From a virus (taxonomy: Duplodnaviria > Caudoviricetes), in IMG/VR virus record IMGVR_UViG_3300045391_005708, positions 16,759 through 80,758 of that record: DNA of 64,000 nucleotides. The stretch is one strand, 5' to 3'. The translations under genes were made by a program, and so were the position numbers. The stretch's first letter is position 1. Each line of letters opens with the position of its first letter. The notes beneath the pieces were generated by a model that saw nothing but the letters and a program-made list of their open reading frames with translations, was not told the DNA's origin and ran no database searches. Shown here piece after piece: positions 34,201-42,210 of the stretch.

Positions 34201-36392
34201 ACGTCCAGGTCGACCTCGGCGTTCTTCTGGGCCTGCACGTTCACCCAGTCCGCGAACTCCTGGTTGCTGATGCCGGGCACGGGCTGGTAGACGGTCTGCC
34301 GGTCGTGGGCGCCCGGCCCCTTGGTCGCGTAGCCGAGTTCGACGGCGTAGTCCAGGGCGTTGGTCTGGGCGTCCTCCACGATCAGCGCGGGGGTCTTCCC
34401 GTCCTCGCCCTGCGTCCTGGTGTCGTCCCCCAGCCCTCCCAGGTACTCCTCCGCGGCCTGCGCCTCGTCGGCCGTGGGTGCCCTGAAGCCCTCGGGACCC
34501 CTGCCCGGCTCGTCGGGGTGCCGGTCGAGCTCCGAGGGGGCGTCCGCGGGCGCCTTGCGCTGGAAGATCCTGAGGCTCTTGGCCGAGTACGCGGCGTTGG
34601 TCTTCCCGCCGCCGGGCTGGCGGCCCAGGCTGTACGTCCACTCCCCCGCGCCGTCCGGGCTCGCGGCGGTGACGTACCACCACGTCCGCGCCTGCCCCTT
34701 GCCCACGATGTCCCCGACCTGGAGGGGAGGCTCGCCGTCCGCCGGGCGGGCGGGGCTGTAGCGCACGTCCATGCCGGGTTCGAGCCCGGTGGTGTGCGCG
34801 TCCAGGCCCTCGTTCCACGCCTGCTTCTTGGTGAGGTCGGACTCCTGCTCCTGCGTGAGGTCCAGCCCGGCGTCGCGGTCGGACCGGGCCTGGAGTTCCG
34901 CCAGGTACGCGGCCCGCCTGCGGCGCATGGTCGGGGACGGCGCGGTGTGGTGGGAGTTGATCGCCTCGACGGCCTTCAGCAGTTCGCCGGAGGGCCCCTG
35001 CACCAGGGGGTCCTCGCCGACGGGGATGTCTCCGGGGAGGGCGCCGTCCCAGCGGTTCTTCCGCACGCGGCCCGCGGGCGCCGCCCCCACGTCGCTGGAG
35101 CCGTCGAACAGCGTCCAGTCCGTGTCGGCGTACTCGTGGATGCCGTCCGCCGCCTCGCGCAGGGCGTCGGCCACGCTGGGGTCCGCCGACGACGCCGCGT
35201 CCAGGGCCTCGGCGGCCGCGCGGAAGGCGGGAGTCTCTCCCTCGTACGCCTCGCGGTCGTCGGGGTCGATGCCGTCCAGGGCGTCCCGCGCCTCCGCCAC
35301 CGCCGCCTTGGCCGGGTCCTCGCCAGGCAGGCCAGCGAGCAGTTGGTCGAGGTCGTCCAGGTGCTTCCAGGGGGTGAAGGTCCACCGGCCGGAGCGGTCG
35401 CCGTTCCCCCTGGGGATGCGCAGTTGGTCGCGCCACGACTCGCTGGCGAAGGCCGTCGCGGCCGCCGCCAGGGCGTTGTAGTCGGACTCGCGCGCCCCGA
35501 CCACGGTGCACCGGCAGTTGACCGTCTCCCAGGGCGGCGCGGACGGGTCGCCGGGCATCATCAGGAGGGACTGGCCGACCTTGAACGGCCGACCCAGCGG
35601 CACGACCTGGCCGTCCGCGTGCCGGTGCGTCTCGCGGGTCCTGGGGTCCTCGGTGGCCACCCACTCCTTGTAGGCCACGCCCTCCTGCGCGAGCGCCGCG
35701 AGCGCGCCGCTGTTCCAGGCGGCCGTCGACTCAGTGCGGGCGATGCGCGTGGCCCGGGCCTTCCAGTAGCCCTCGTCCGCCCTGATCCTGTCGACCGCCT
35801 CGGCCCGCAGGGCCTGCCAGACCTTGACCTCCGGGTCGTGCCTGTGCGCGTGCGTCCTGGCCGGGGTGCCGGTCGGCCCGAGCGGGTCCAGGATCCTGTC
35901 GATCTGGTCCTCGGCGTACCGCCTCTGCCGCTCCCAGTACCGCTTGCTGGGCTCCCACCTCAGGCGCTCCGCGATGTCCCGCGCGGCCTGCTCCGTGGAC
36001 CAGCCGCCGAGGGCCGCGTGGCTCTGGGAGGTCCGCACCTGGTCGAACGCCTCCTGGGGGATCTCGGGCAGCGCGTCGCGGCTCAGGCGGTCGCGGACGG
36101 CCGCCAGGTGGAAGGCCATCGCGTCGGCGCGCGGGCTGACCTTCCTCTCCCCTCCCCAGGTGGTCGAGAACGCGTCCTCCCAGGTGCGGCGGATCTCCTC
36201 GACCACGCTGTCCCTGGTGGAGTCGGTCCACCAGCCCAGCATGACGCCGAGGGCCAGGACCGGCTGCGCCTGGTCGGCGCGCCCGGCGCGGACCGCCGCG
36301 AGCACGGCGTCCAGGACCTTCCTCAGGAAGGACCGCGTGTCCTCCTCGACGACCCTCGCCAGGGCCGCCTCGGCGGCGTCACGCCCGTCCAC
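31251..36392 (-). CDS. MuF-like minor capsid protein with polyvalent extension (GNAT, unknown domains, C-terminal papain-fold toxin)
   Basis: RIARTESTAAWN..KEWVATEDPRTRETH..DGQ..PGDP..ETVNCRC (MuF); YLGSLQKGAGARLL (GNAT); NCVLASAAYELRRRG..GHIWNW..FYDAQTG (papain fold). Confidence 0.88.
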   Translation of the reverse strand: MDGRDAAEAALARVVEEDTRSFLRKVLDAVLAAVRAGRADQAQPVLALGVMLGWWTDSTRDSVVEEIRRTWEDAFSTTWGGERKVSPRADAMAFHLAAVRDRLSRDALPEIPQEAFDQVRTSQSHAALGGWSTEQAARDIAERLRWEPSKRYWERQRRYAEDQIDRILDPLGPTGTPARTHAHRHDPEVKVWQALRAEAVDRIRADEGYWKARATRIARTESTAAWNSGALAALAQEGVAYKEWVATEDPRTRETHRHADGQVVPLGRPFKVGQSLLMMPGDPSAPPWETVNCRCTVVGARESDYNALAAAATAFASESWRDQLRIPRGNGDRSGRWTFTPWKHLDDLDQLLAGLPGEDPAKAAVAEARDALDGIDPDDREAYEGETPAFRAAAEALDAASSADPSVADALREAADGIHEYADTDWTLFDGSSDVGAAPAGRVRKNRWDGALPGDIPVGEDPLVQGPSGELLKAVEAINSHHTAPSPTMRRRRAAYLAELQARSDRDAGLDLTQEQESDLTKKQAWNEGLDAHTTGLEPGMDVRYSPARPADGEPPLQVGDIVGKGQARTWWYVTAASPDGAGEWTYSLGRQPGGGKTNAAYSAKSLRIFQRKAPADAPSELDRHPDEPGRGPEGFRAPTADEAQAAEEYLGGLGDDTRTQGEDGKTPALIVEDAQTNALDYAVELGYATKGPGAHDRQTVYQPVPGISNQEFADWVNVQAQKNAEVDLDVHGFEKDGTLKQVAPDAPEDDPSNAGPGPREVDAAEAARLAATVEGEDDRAEFTRRALEAARDFGDAATVVADLDDGGNLRGAAGLVKHETDEDGNPAYYVLDYLGSLQKGAGARLLEAAQRKALGDGVALYVEPTPASAPWWTRRKGIVEDPEGLGSAFYGWDVDGLKAALEEPGGEDPPPLGEDNPDIDETPTPDTMPDVPPEVDFPPVPMTRDRLSNPDTPRTRAVDLATYEDLYRQGAAQFQDLMDNQSPATGLEGGGWGLLKAKAARAVKEEWGGVTIDAHTGEVVDPESDEYALKYAITAKSPGVETVTVPIGSSDVEVANAMDKAKADFAEVLPYQKFHLGVFRNEDTGNVEIDPVILLDSPMDVESLGLYCNSVGGAYHFKDGLGYWPPYLAQEDVPAYAVKYAGATLPPKAPPGPHARYVDALNAVLPSTEGQPGAARREAARAALRQLVERVHAERTYYSTEGNQATLTPEQEEQYRVMPGLLNSALLGLKYNDEGKFHDAMMKAKVAAKLMPKPWPDTSEALIDVRQAWEDSLFKPDEWQLDGEGERHLNRALSAKRPEDLSAAITDLAIWQRYHPGRETVGEGWVYSQAPLLMDMSAAAMNSDLNKWGSALRSLRFTGAEQTPVGRALMAKKDELDAVMQRLTMQAESDVHADLAGRYGGLPPESTHPEEVIAAVGQFYTVREQAGQKNHNCVLASAAYELRRRGLDVHPKRADHGRNPRGAYGVWFRGVTWTSSERVEIPKGTRAKGKYERVVAALTQKDFGPDDGRTTPTVDRYPPGSRGTIDADWTGRSSGHIWNWERNEDGSVTFYDAQTGAVVQPPPEGDYWGDMGWRSVELMRLDDKPLAKDVEAMLSPPSFTQDVNGLDPDFGKALAAAKARRREAAVRSNKLYEAMRKRETALYNSRLPGEPLTPRTDDPEWVRLSEARAAASAEYTEAAKALTHLKTHPEWEKFRQVGTSAPVLPRDENRLK

Positions 36393-36783
36393 TGGCCTGC
36401 TCCGCGAGCCGGGCGGCCAGGACCTCGAACTCGTGCGGCTTGGCCGCGCGCACGACCTCGCGGACGTAGGAGTCCAGCGTCGCCGCGAGGTCGTGGTCCG
36501 CGACGCTGCAGCACCCGTGGTCGGACACGAGCCGCGGCAGCGTGGCCCACGCCCCGGCCAGCGCCGCGTCCAGGGCGGCCGCCGCCTCCTGGGGGAAGAC
36601 CTCGTGCGCCTCGTGGTACCCCTTGCCGGACGCGCGCAGTTGCCCGAAGTACCTGCCGTTGGCCCGCGCCACGCGCTTGCCGACGAGTTCGAGGGCCCGG
36701 ATCACGGCGATGTCGCACGCGGCCGCGAGCACCCGCATGTCCGCCCCGCCCTGGGCCTCGGCCTTCTCCCTGACGGTGCTCAC
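36379..36783 (-). CDS. portal-associated hypothetical protein (134 aa)
   Basis: GTG 36783 overlaps portal stop; VIRALELVGKRV motif. Confidence 0.7.
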   Translation of the reverse strand: MSTVREKAEAQGGADMRVLAAACDIAVIRALELVGKRVARANGRYFGQLRASGKGYHEAHEVFPQEAAAALDAALAGAWATLPRLVSDHGCCSVADHDLAATLDSYVREVVRAAKPHEFEVLAARLAEQASGRA

Positions 36784-38462
36784 ACGGGGCTCCCCGCCTG
36801 GGGCGCGCCCTCCCCGGCCGCGGACGCGGCGGGCGGGGACGCCCCGTTGGTGGACGGCGGGGCGGGCGTCGGGCTGAAGCCGCGGGCGGGCTCCAGCGTG
36901 CCGGGCTCCCGGGCGGACTGCAGCGGCCCGCCCGGGCCGGTCTGCGGGGTCTTGTCGAACAGGGCCAGGACGTAGGACACGATCTCCGGCATGTTGTCGA
37001 TGAGTTGCGGGTTGGCCGACGCGATCTGGAGGGCCGTCTTGACCGCGACCTCGCGAGCGTCCGGCGCGTCCTCCTCGTCGAAGTTCCCCGCCCCGCGCAG
37101 GGCCGCGTCGGAGATGGCCCCGACCTGGTGGAGGGCCGACGCGTCCTCCAGCCGGTTCGGGCGCTGCACCAGGCCGGACGTGTCGAACTTGACCTCGTAG
37201 GACTCCCAGTCCTTGTCGCCCATCTGCCGCTTGATCGGCCGGTAGAAGCCGGTCGTCAGCGCGTCGGCCAGCAGGCCCAGGCGGGGGTCGATGTGGGCGG
37301 ACACCACCTCGTCCCGGACCAGCCACATGCCCCAGTGGTTCGCGTCGCCCATGCCGGACAGGAGTTCCGGCGGCGCGTCCAGGCCGAGGCCCAGGCGCCT
37401 GACGTTGCCCTCCAGGAGTTCGGCGCTGTGCTCGTCGAACGGGGTGCTGAAGGAGTCGAAGCGGATCTTGGAGATCGCGTCCCCGGGGGCGCCCATCAGC
37501 AGGGGCACGAACGCGGCCGCGTTCGAGCGGTCCTCCATCGGGAGGATCATCGCCGCCATGATCGCGTTGAGGACCGGGTTGTCGGAGAACTGCTGCTCCG
37601 CCTGGTTGCCGGGGACCTTGGCCGAGTTGAGGATGTCGTTCGGGAGCCAGTAGACGCCCGCCCCGGCCAGGCGGCTGTCGATCTGCGAGGACTGGTGCTC
37701 GGTCAGGCCGACCAGGGTGCGCAGCACCGGCAGGGCGCGGCGGACGGGGCTGTCCGCGCGCTCCCAGCGGGCCGGGTGCGGGTCCCAGACCTTCTCCACG
37801 TACACCTCGTCGGTGTCGTACTCCTCGCCCGCGACCTCGGTCTTCTTCTTCTTGCGCCTGACCTCCAGCGACGAGTAGACCTGCCAGCGCGTGTTCCCGC
37901 CGGTCGTGCCGCCGTCCGCCTCGTCCTCGTCCGGCTCCTCGCCGTGCGGGCTCAGGCCCTCCAGGGACGGCGCCGCCAACTGGAGCCGGTCGCTCGTCCG
38001 GTCGCTCGGGCGCCTGACCGGCAGGCCGCACAGGAAGCACGCGCCCGCGACGTACACGTTGAGGAACATGCGCTCGACCATCTGCCCCGTGACCAGGGCC
38101 AGGATCGGGTCCTCGTCCTCCGAGTTGTCGACCCGCTCGCCGTCCCGCTCGACGTACATCACGGCCTGGGCCGCGCGGCCGGAGAGCGCGTTGGCGACGT
38201 AGGCCATCTCCGGCACCTGGTCGTACATGGCCCAGCACTCCTCCTGCCAGGCCAGGTCGCCGTCGTCGTCCCGGCGCCGGTCGCGGCGCCTGTCCTCGCG
38301 GCTCGTGACGCGGGTCGCGGCCGCGGTCAGCACGCGCACCCCGACGCCCTCCTGCCAGTCCCCCGCCTCGCGGTCCGCGCTCGTCGGCCCGCCGTACGAC
38401 CAGGCCGAGGGCTGGGCGACGGTCACGCGGGCGCCGCGGCGGCGCTCGAACCAGGTGGGCAC
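36780..38462 (-). CDS. portal protein
   Basis: WQEECWAMYDQVPEM.YVAN; VWDPHP..ADSPVRRALPVL; SRLAGAG; RLGLGLDAPPELL.G..ANHW; follows terminase. Confidence 0.92.
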   Translation of the reverse strand: MPTWFERRRGARVTVAQPSAWSYGGPTSADREAGDWQEGVGVRVLTAAATRVTSREDRRRDRRRDDDGDLAWQEECWAMYDQVPEMAYVANALSGRAAQAVMYVERDGERVDNSEDEDPILALVTGQMVERMFLNVYVAGACFLCGLPVRRPSDRTSDRLQLAAPSLEGLSPHGEEPDEDEADGGTTGGNTRWQVYSSLEVRRKKKKTEVAGEEYDTDEVYVEKVWDPHPARWERADSPVRRALPVLRTLVGLTEHQSSQIDSRLAGAGVYWLPNDILNSAKVPGNQAEQQFSDNPVLNAIMAAMILPMEDRSNAAAFVPLLMGAPGDAISKIRFDSFSTPFDEHSAELLEGNVRRLGLGLDAPPELLSGMGDANHWGMWLVRDEVVSAHIDPRLGLLADALTTGFYRPIKRQMGDKDWESYEVKFDTSGLVQRPNRLEDASALHQVGAISDAALRGAGNFDEEDAPDAREVAVKTALQIASANPQLIDNMPEIVSYVLALFDKTPQTGPGGPLQSAREPGTLEPARGFSPTPAPPSTNGASPPAASAAGEGAPQAGSPV

Positions 38463-38467
38463 GGGCC

Positions 38468-38623
38468 CTATTCTAGGCCCTCGGTCAGCGCGTGGGCGAG
38501 CGCCTGATCGACGTCCGCGGGTTCCGTCTCGACCCCGTGGACGGGGCAGATCATGTCCTCTTCGACGCGCGCCATGTGGCCACGGGGGCAGACCCCGACG
38601 CGGAGGGTGGCTGAGCCGAACAC
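38468..38623 (-). CDS. small zinc-binding protein (51 aa, not in ORF track)
   Basis: FGSATLRVGVCPRGH..MICPVHG; GTG 6 nt after a TAGAAT -10. Confidence 0.5.
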   Translation of the reverse strand: MFGSATLRVGVCPRGHMARVEEDMICPVHGVETEPADVDQALAHALTEGLE

Positions 38624-38679
38624 CCTCTGATTCTACCTAGACCTCGGTCCAGACCCCGCGCGCTCGACGTAGCCGTACG

Positions 38680-40290
38680 TCACCGCCGCCCCCGCCCCGC
38701 GTAGTCCCGGCGCCGCCCGGCCGTCGCCTGGCGCCCGCCCGTGTACGCCGCCCGGGCCACGGTGAGCCCCGTCGGGCTCAGGACCGTGGTCGGCCCGCTG
38801 GCCAGCAGGCGCCGGAGGGCCTGGGTGGTCGCGTCCACCTGGTCGTCGTGGGCGGCCGAGGGGAAGCCCTTGTGCTCCGCGAGGAAGTCGGCGACCCACT
38901 CGGCCGACGCGGGGACGGCGACGTTCCCGGCCTCCACGGTAGGCGCGACGGACCGCGCCCGGGCCTCCTTGCTCTCGGTCGGGTTGACCGGGATCACGCC
39001 GGGGATCTCCGAGGTCAGCACGTCGACGACGGCGGTGCCGTTCGCCTTGTCCTCGACCAGGTGCTCGTGCACCCCGTCCGGCACCCACTCCTGGCAGGTG
39101 GCCACGAACCGCTTGAACTCGGCCAGCGTCTCCGTGAACGTCATGCGCCGCCTGACCTGCCGGAGCAGGTACCGCGACGACCCGGACGCGCCCCACAGTT
39201 GGCCGACCACGTAGTCGCTGTCGTCGGTCTTCTTGAAGGCCATGTCCCAACTGGTCAGCACGCGCTCGAAGGACTCCGGCAGCCGCACGAGGTTCGGCGG
39301 CGCGCCCTCCGGCAGGGGCTCGCGGGTCCAGAACCGCCACCAGTCGTTCGAGAAGACCGCTCCGCTCGCGGGCTGCGGGTCCTGCTGGTACTGGGCGGCC
39401 CACTGGTACGAGCCGACCGCCTGCCTGATGTCGGCCCAGCGCTCCAGCGCCCCCGCGGCGTCCTCGACCACGATCGGGCTCAGCAGGGGCTCGCCGGGCG
39501 AGCGGCCGAGGCTGTCGACCGGCCCCTCCTCGTCCGGCCCGCGGTCCACCGCGACCGCCGGGAACGAGATGACCTCGAACTGCGCCGGGTCGCCGTCGTA
39601 CTCCGGGCTCAGCAGGCGGCCGATGAAGTCGTCCTCGTGCCAGCGCGTGCCGATCGCCAGGACCAGGCTCGGGGGGTGCAGCCGGTTGCGCGCGTCGCCG
39701 GTCCACCAGTCCCACACGAAGTCGCGCATCGCCTTGCTGTGCGCGTCGGCGAAGCCCTTCACCACGTCGTCGAGGATCATGACCTTCGCGCCCCGGCCGA
39801 CGATCGACTCCCGGATGGACCGGGACAGGAACACGCCGCCCTCGGTCGTCTCCCACTCCTTCGCCGCCCCCGCGTCGCGCGCGATCTCGACGCCGAGGCC
39901 TTCCCCGCGGTCCTCCACCAGGCGCCGCACGGCCCGGCCCCAGCCGGAGGCCAGGGACGGGTCGTGGGACAGGTTCATGAACTCCCAGCCCGGGTGCCGG
40001 TGCAGGCACCAGGTCGGGAAGTAGACCGTCCCGAGGGTGCTCTTGCCGGTCCGGGGCGGCATCGACACCGTGACCCAGGCGGACCGCCCGGACTCCACCC
40101 GCGCGACGGCCGCCGCCAGCCGGTCGGACAGGTACCTCAGGTGGTCCCGGACGACGTAGCCCGGCTCCAGGTGCAGGGCCAGGTCGGCGGGGGTCCGCCA
40201 CGTCTGGGAGTCGCCGAGGCGCCGGAACACGTCGGCCTGCAGGTCCGCGATCCAGTCGGCCCCGCCGGTCCAGGGGAGGGCGGCGCTCAC
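38680..40290 (-). CDS. terminase large subunit
   Basis: GTG 40290; SMPPRTGKST, ILDDVVKG, GTRWHEDD, SWDMAFK, EDKANG, HDDQVDA. Confidence 0.95.
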   Translation of the reverse strand: MSAALPWTGGADWIADLQADVFRRLGDSQTWRTPADLALHLEPGYVVRDHLRYLSDRLAAAVARVESGRSAWVTVSMPPRTGKSTLGTVYFPTWCLHRHPGWEFMNLSHDPSLASGWGRAVRRLVEDRGEGLGVEIARDAGAAKEWETTEGGVFLSRSIRESIVGRGAKVMILDDVVKGFADAHSKAMRDFVWDWWTGDARNRLHPPSLVLAIGTRWHEDDFIGRLLSPEYDGDPAQFEVISFPAVAVDRGPDEEGPVDSLGRSPGEPLLSPIVVEDAAGALERWADIRQAVGSYQWAAQYQQDPQPASGAVFSNDWWRFWTREPLPEGAPPNLVRLPESFERVLTSWDMAFKKTDDSDYVVGQLWGASGSSRYLLRQVRRRMTFTETLAEFKRFVATCQEWVPDGVHEHLVEDKANGTAVVDVLTSEIPGVIPVNPTESKEARARSVAPTVEAGNVAVPASAEWVADFLAEHKGFPSAAHDDQVDATTQALRRLLASGPTTVLSPTGLTVARAAYTGGRQATAGRRRDYAGRGRR

Positions 40291-40733
40291 GCCACCTCGT
40301 CCCCGACCCAGCGCAGGACCCCGCGGCGGCGGACCCACCGGCCGCCGGTCAGGGCGTGCGGCGCCCCGGGGCGCCTGCCCCCGCGCCGCCTCGACAGGCC
40401 CAGCCTCCTGGCCTGGTAGGACACCGACCCCGGGTGCCGGAAGCCGTGCAGGGCGGCCATCTCCGCCAGCGTGACGCCCGCGGCCCAGTCGGCCTCGAAC
40501 GCCGCGACCTGCTCGGGGGTCGCCAGGACCGGCGGCCGCCCGCCCCGGGGCAGCACGCGGGCGCGCCGCGGCTCCAGCCCCAGGCGCCGGGCGGCCTTGG
40601 CGGGCCCGCTCTCGCCCGCCCAGCCGAACCAGGCGGCCAGGTCCCGCAGGGACACCCCGGCCTCCCAGTGCCGCCTGAAGGAGTCCTCGTCCTCCCGGGT
40701 CCGCAGCACCCACGACGCGCCCACGGCCGTCAC
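40287..40733 (-). CDS. DNA-binding protein with two tandem HTH repeats
   Basis: FRRHWEAGVSLRDLAAWFG..AARRLGL repeated as FEADWAAGVTLAEMAALHG..ARRLGL. Confidence 0.75.
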   Translation of the reverse strand: MTAVGASWVLRTREDEDSFRRHWEAGVSLRDLAAWFGWAGESGPAKAARRLGLEPRRARVLPRGGRPPVLATPEQVAAFEADWAAGVTLAEMAALHGFRHPGSVSYQARRLGLSRRRGGRRPGAPHALTGGRWVRRRGVLRWVGDEVA

Positions 40734-40960
40734 CCCTCCCCGCCGTCGTCCCGGTCGGCCTCCCAGTACTCCAGGCCGCGGTAGGTCTGCGCTGGCCTCC
40801 GCCGCCTGGCCGTCAGCGCGGCCGGGGGCCGCGGCCCGACGCGCAGGGCCTCGAAGTGGACCTCCGTGTCGGCGTCGTCGAGTTCCACCTCCAGGCCCTC
40901 GACCAGGGCCGGGAGGGCGTACCTCCGCGCCCGGGGGGCGGCCGCGACGAAGACCCTCAC
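40730..40960 (-). CDS. hypothetical protein
   Basis: GTG 40960, 7 nt after GAGAAT; GTGA overlap with next gene. Confidence 0.55.
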   Translation of the reverse strand: MRVFVAAAPRARRYALPALVEGLEVELDDADTEVHFEALRVGPRPPAALTARRRRPAQTYRGLEYWEADRDDGGEG

Positions 40961-41141
40961 GGACCCCATTCTCACGCGCCGCCGTCGGCCCGGGGACCCG
41001 GCGCCGGGTCCCCGGCGGCCGCCGCGGGGCGGTTCCACACCTCGTCGCCACCGTCTTGCGAGGTCCACGAGCCGACGCACGCGCCGGTCAGGTGGGGGCC
41101 GTGCGCGGACACCCCCCAGGTCGGCGGGTCACCCTCGCCGG

Positions 41142-41537
41142 TCACGGCCGCGTGTCCCGCTCGACGGCCGCGACGACGGCCAGGCCCAGCGCCAGGAGGA
41201 AGAACACCCCGCCCGCCCACGACCAGCCCCCGTCCAGGCCCAGCAGGCACAGGAACACCACGAGGAAGCACGCGGCCGCGCCGCCCAGCCCCTCGTCGAG
41301 GTCCCGGCGCGCCCGCGGCCGGACGACCGGCCGCGCGCCCGGCGGCGGGTCGCCCCGGTGCCACGAGGCGCCGCAGGGCTCGCAGATCCAGGCGACGACC
41401 TCCCCGGTCGCGCGCAGTTCGACGGCCGTCGCGTCGCGACCGCAGTGCGCGGGCGCCCGGGGGTCGCGCCCCGGGGGCGGGCCGTCCGCGGGCCACCCGC
41501 GCAACTCCCGGAGCCGGGCGCGCGACGCGGCGCTCAC
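41142..41537 (-). CDS. membrane protein with N-terminal Cys/His motif
   Basis: HCG..ICEPC then two TM segments; GTGA overlap. Confidence 0.6.
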   Translation of the reverse strand: MSAASRARLRELRGWPADGPPPGRDPRAPAHCGRDATAVELRATGEVVAWICEPCGASWHRGDPPPGARPVVRPRARRDLDEGLGGAAACFLVVFLCLLGLDGGWSWAGGVFFLLALGLAVVAAVERDTRP

Positions 41538-41803
41538 GGCCGGGCCTCCCCGCACCACGAGCACCGGCCGGGCTCCGCGACGCTGGCCACGTGCGCCCGC
41601 TCCAGGCCGACGACCCCGCCGCGCACGGCGCAGCGCCCCGAGGACCGCGGTGAACGTGTGCTCGAAGCGGGTCTGCACCGCCTGCGGCTGGCCCGGTCCG
41701 GCCGCCCGGACGGCGGGCGCGGCAGGAGCCCCAGCAGGGCCGCAGTGCCCAGGACAGCAAGGGAAGCCAGTGCCGGGGTCAGGGCCGTGAGCGCGGGCCA
41801 CAC
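41534..41803 (-). CDS. hypothetical protein, N-terminal TM
   Basis: Fits tight gene packing; CSWC near C-terminus. Confidence 0.5.
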   Translation of the reverse strand: MWPALTALTPALASLAVLGTAALLGLLPRPPSGRPDRASRRRCRPASSTRSPRSSGRCAVRGGVVGLERAHVASVAEPGRCSWCGEARP

Positions 41804-41804
41804 C

Positions 41805-42194
41805 TCAGTCCGCCGGGACCCAGGCCGAGACGACGCGGCGCACGGGGCGCGCCTCCGTGCCGTCCCGGCGGCCGTTGACGATGCCGCTCAGCGTCCGCGC
41901 GTCCTCCAGCGTCTCGCAGGGCTGGACGCCCTCCGCCCACTCGCCGGGCTTGCCCGCGACCGGCGCCCGCAGGCCCGCCGCGACCTCCTGGCCCAGCGGG
42001 ACGCCCGCGTGCAGCAACTCCGCCGCCGCGCGCGCCGCGCCGTGGTCCGCCGCGCCGGAGACGTGGGCCACGGCCGACGCCCAGGTGTCGGCGTCCACCA
42101 GGAAGTCGCCCTCGTCCGGCCCCAGGTCGACACGCACGCCGCCGTCCGCGGCCCGCTCGAACGACAGCCCGTCCCTCGCCTTGAATCCGCCCAT
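41805..42194 (-). CDS. hypothetical protein (129 aa)
   Basis: RBS GAGAGG; phage codon usage. Confidence 0.7.
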   Translation of the reverse strand: MGGFKARDGLSFERAADGGVRVDLGPDEGDFLVDADTWASAVAHVSGAADHGAARAAAELLHAGVPLGQEVAAGLRAPVAGKPGEWAEGVQPCETLEDARTLSGIVNGRRDGTEARPVRRVVSAWVPAD

Positions 42195-42210
42195 CGTCTC
42201 TCCGCCTCTC

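Noticed and set aside
31782-36773. 1663-aa plus-strand ORF
   Set aside because: Antisense shadow of the MuF gene.
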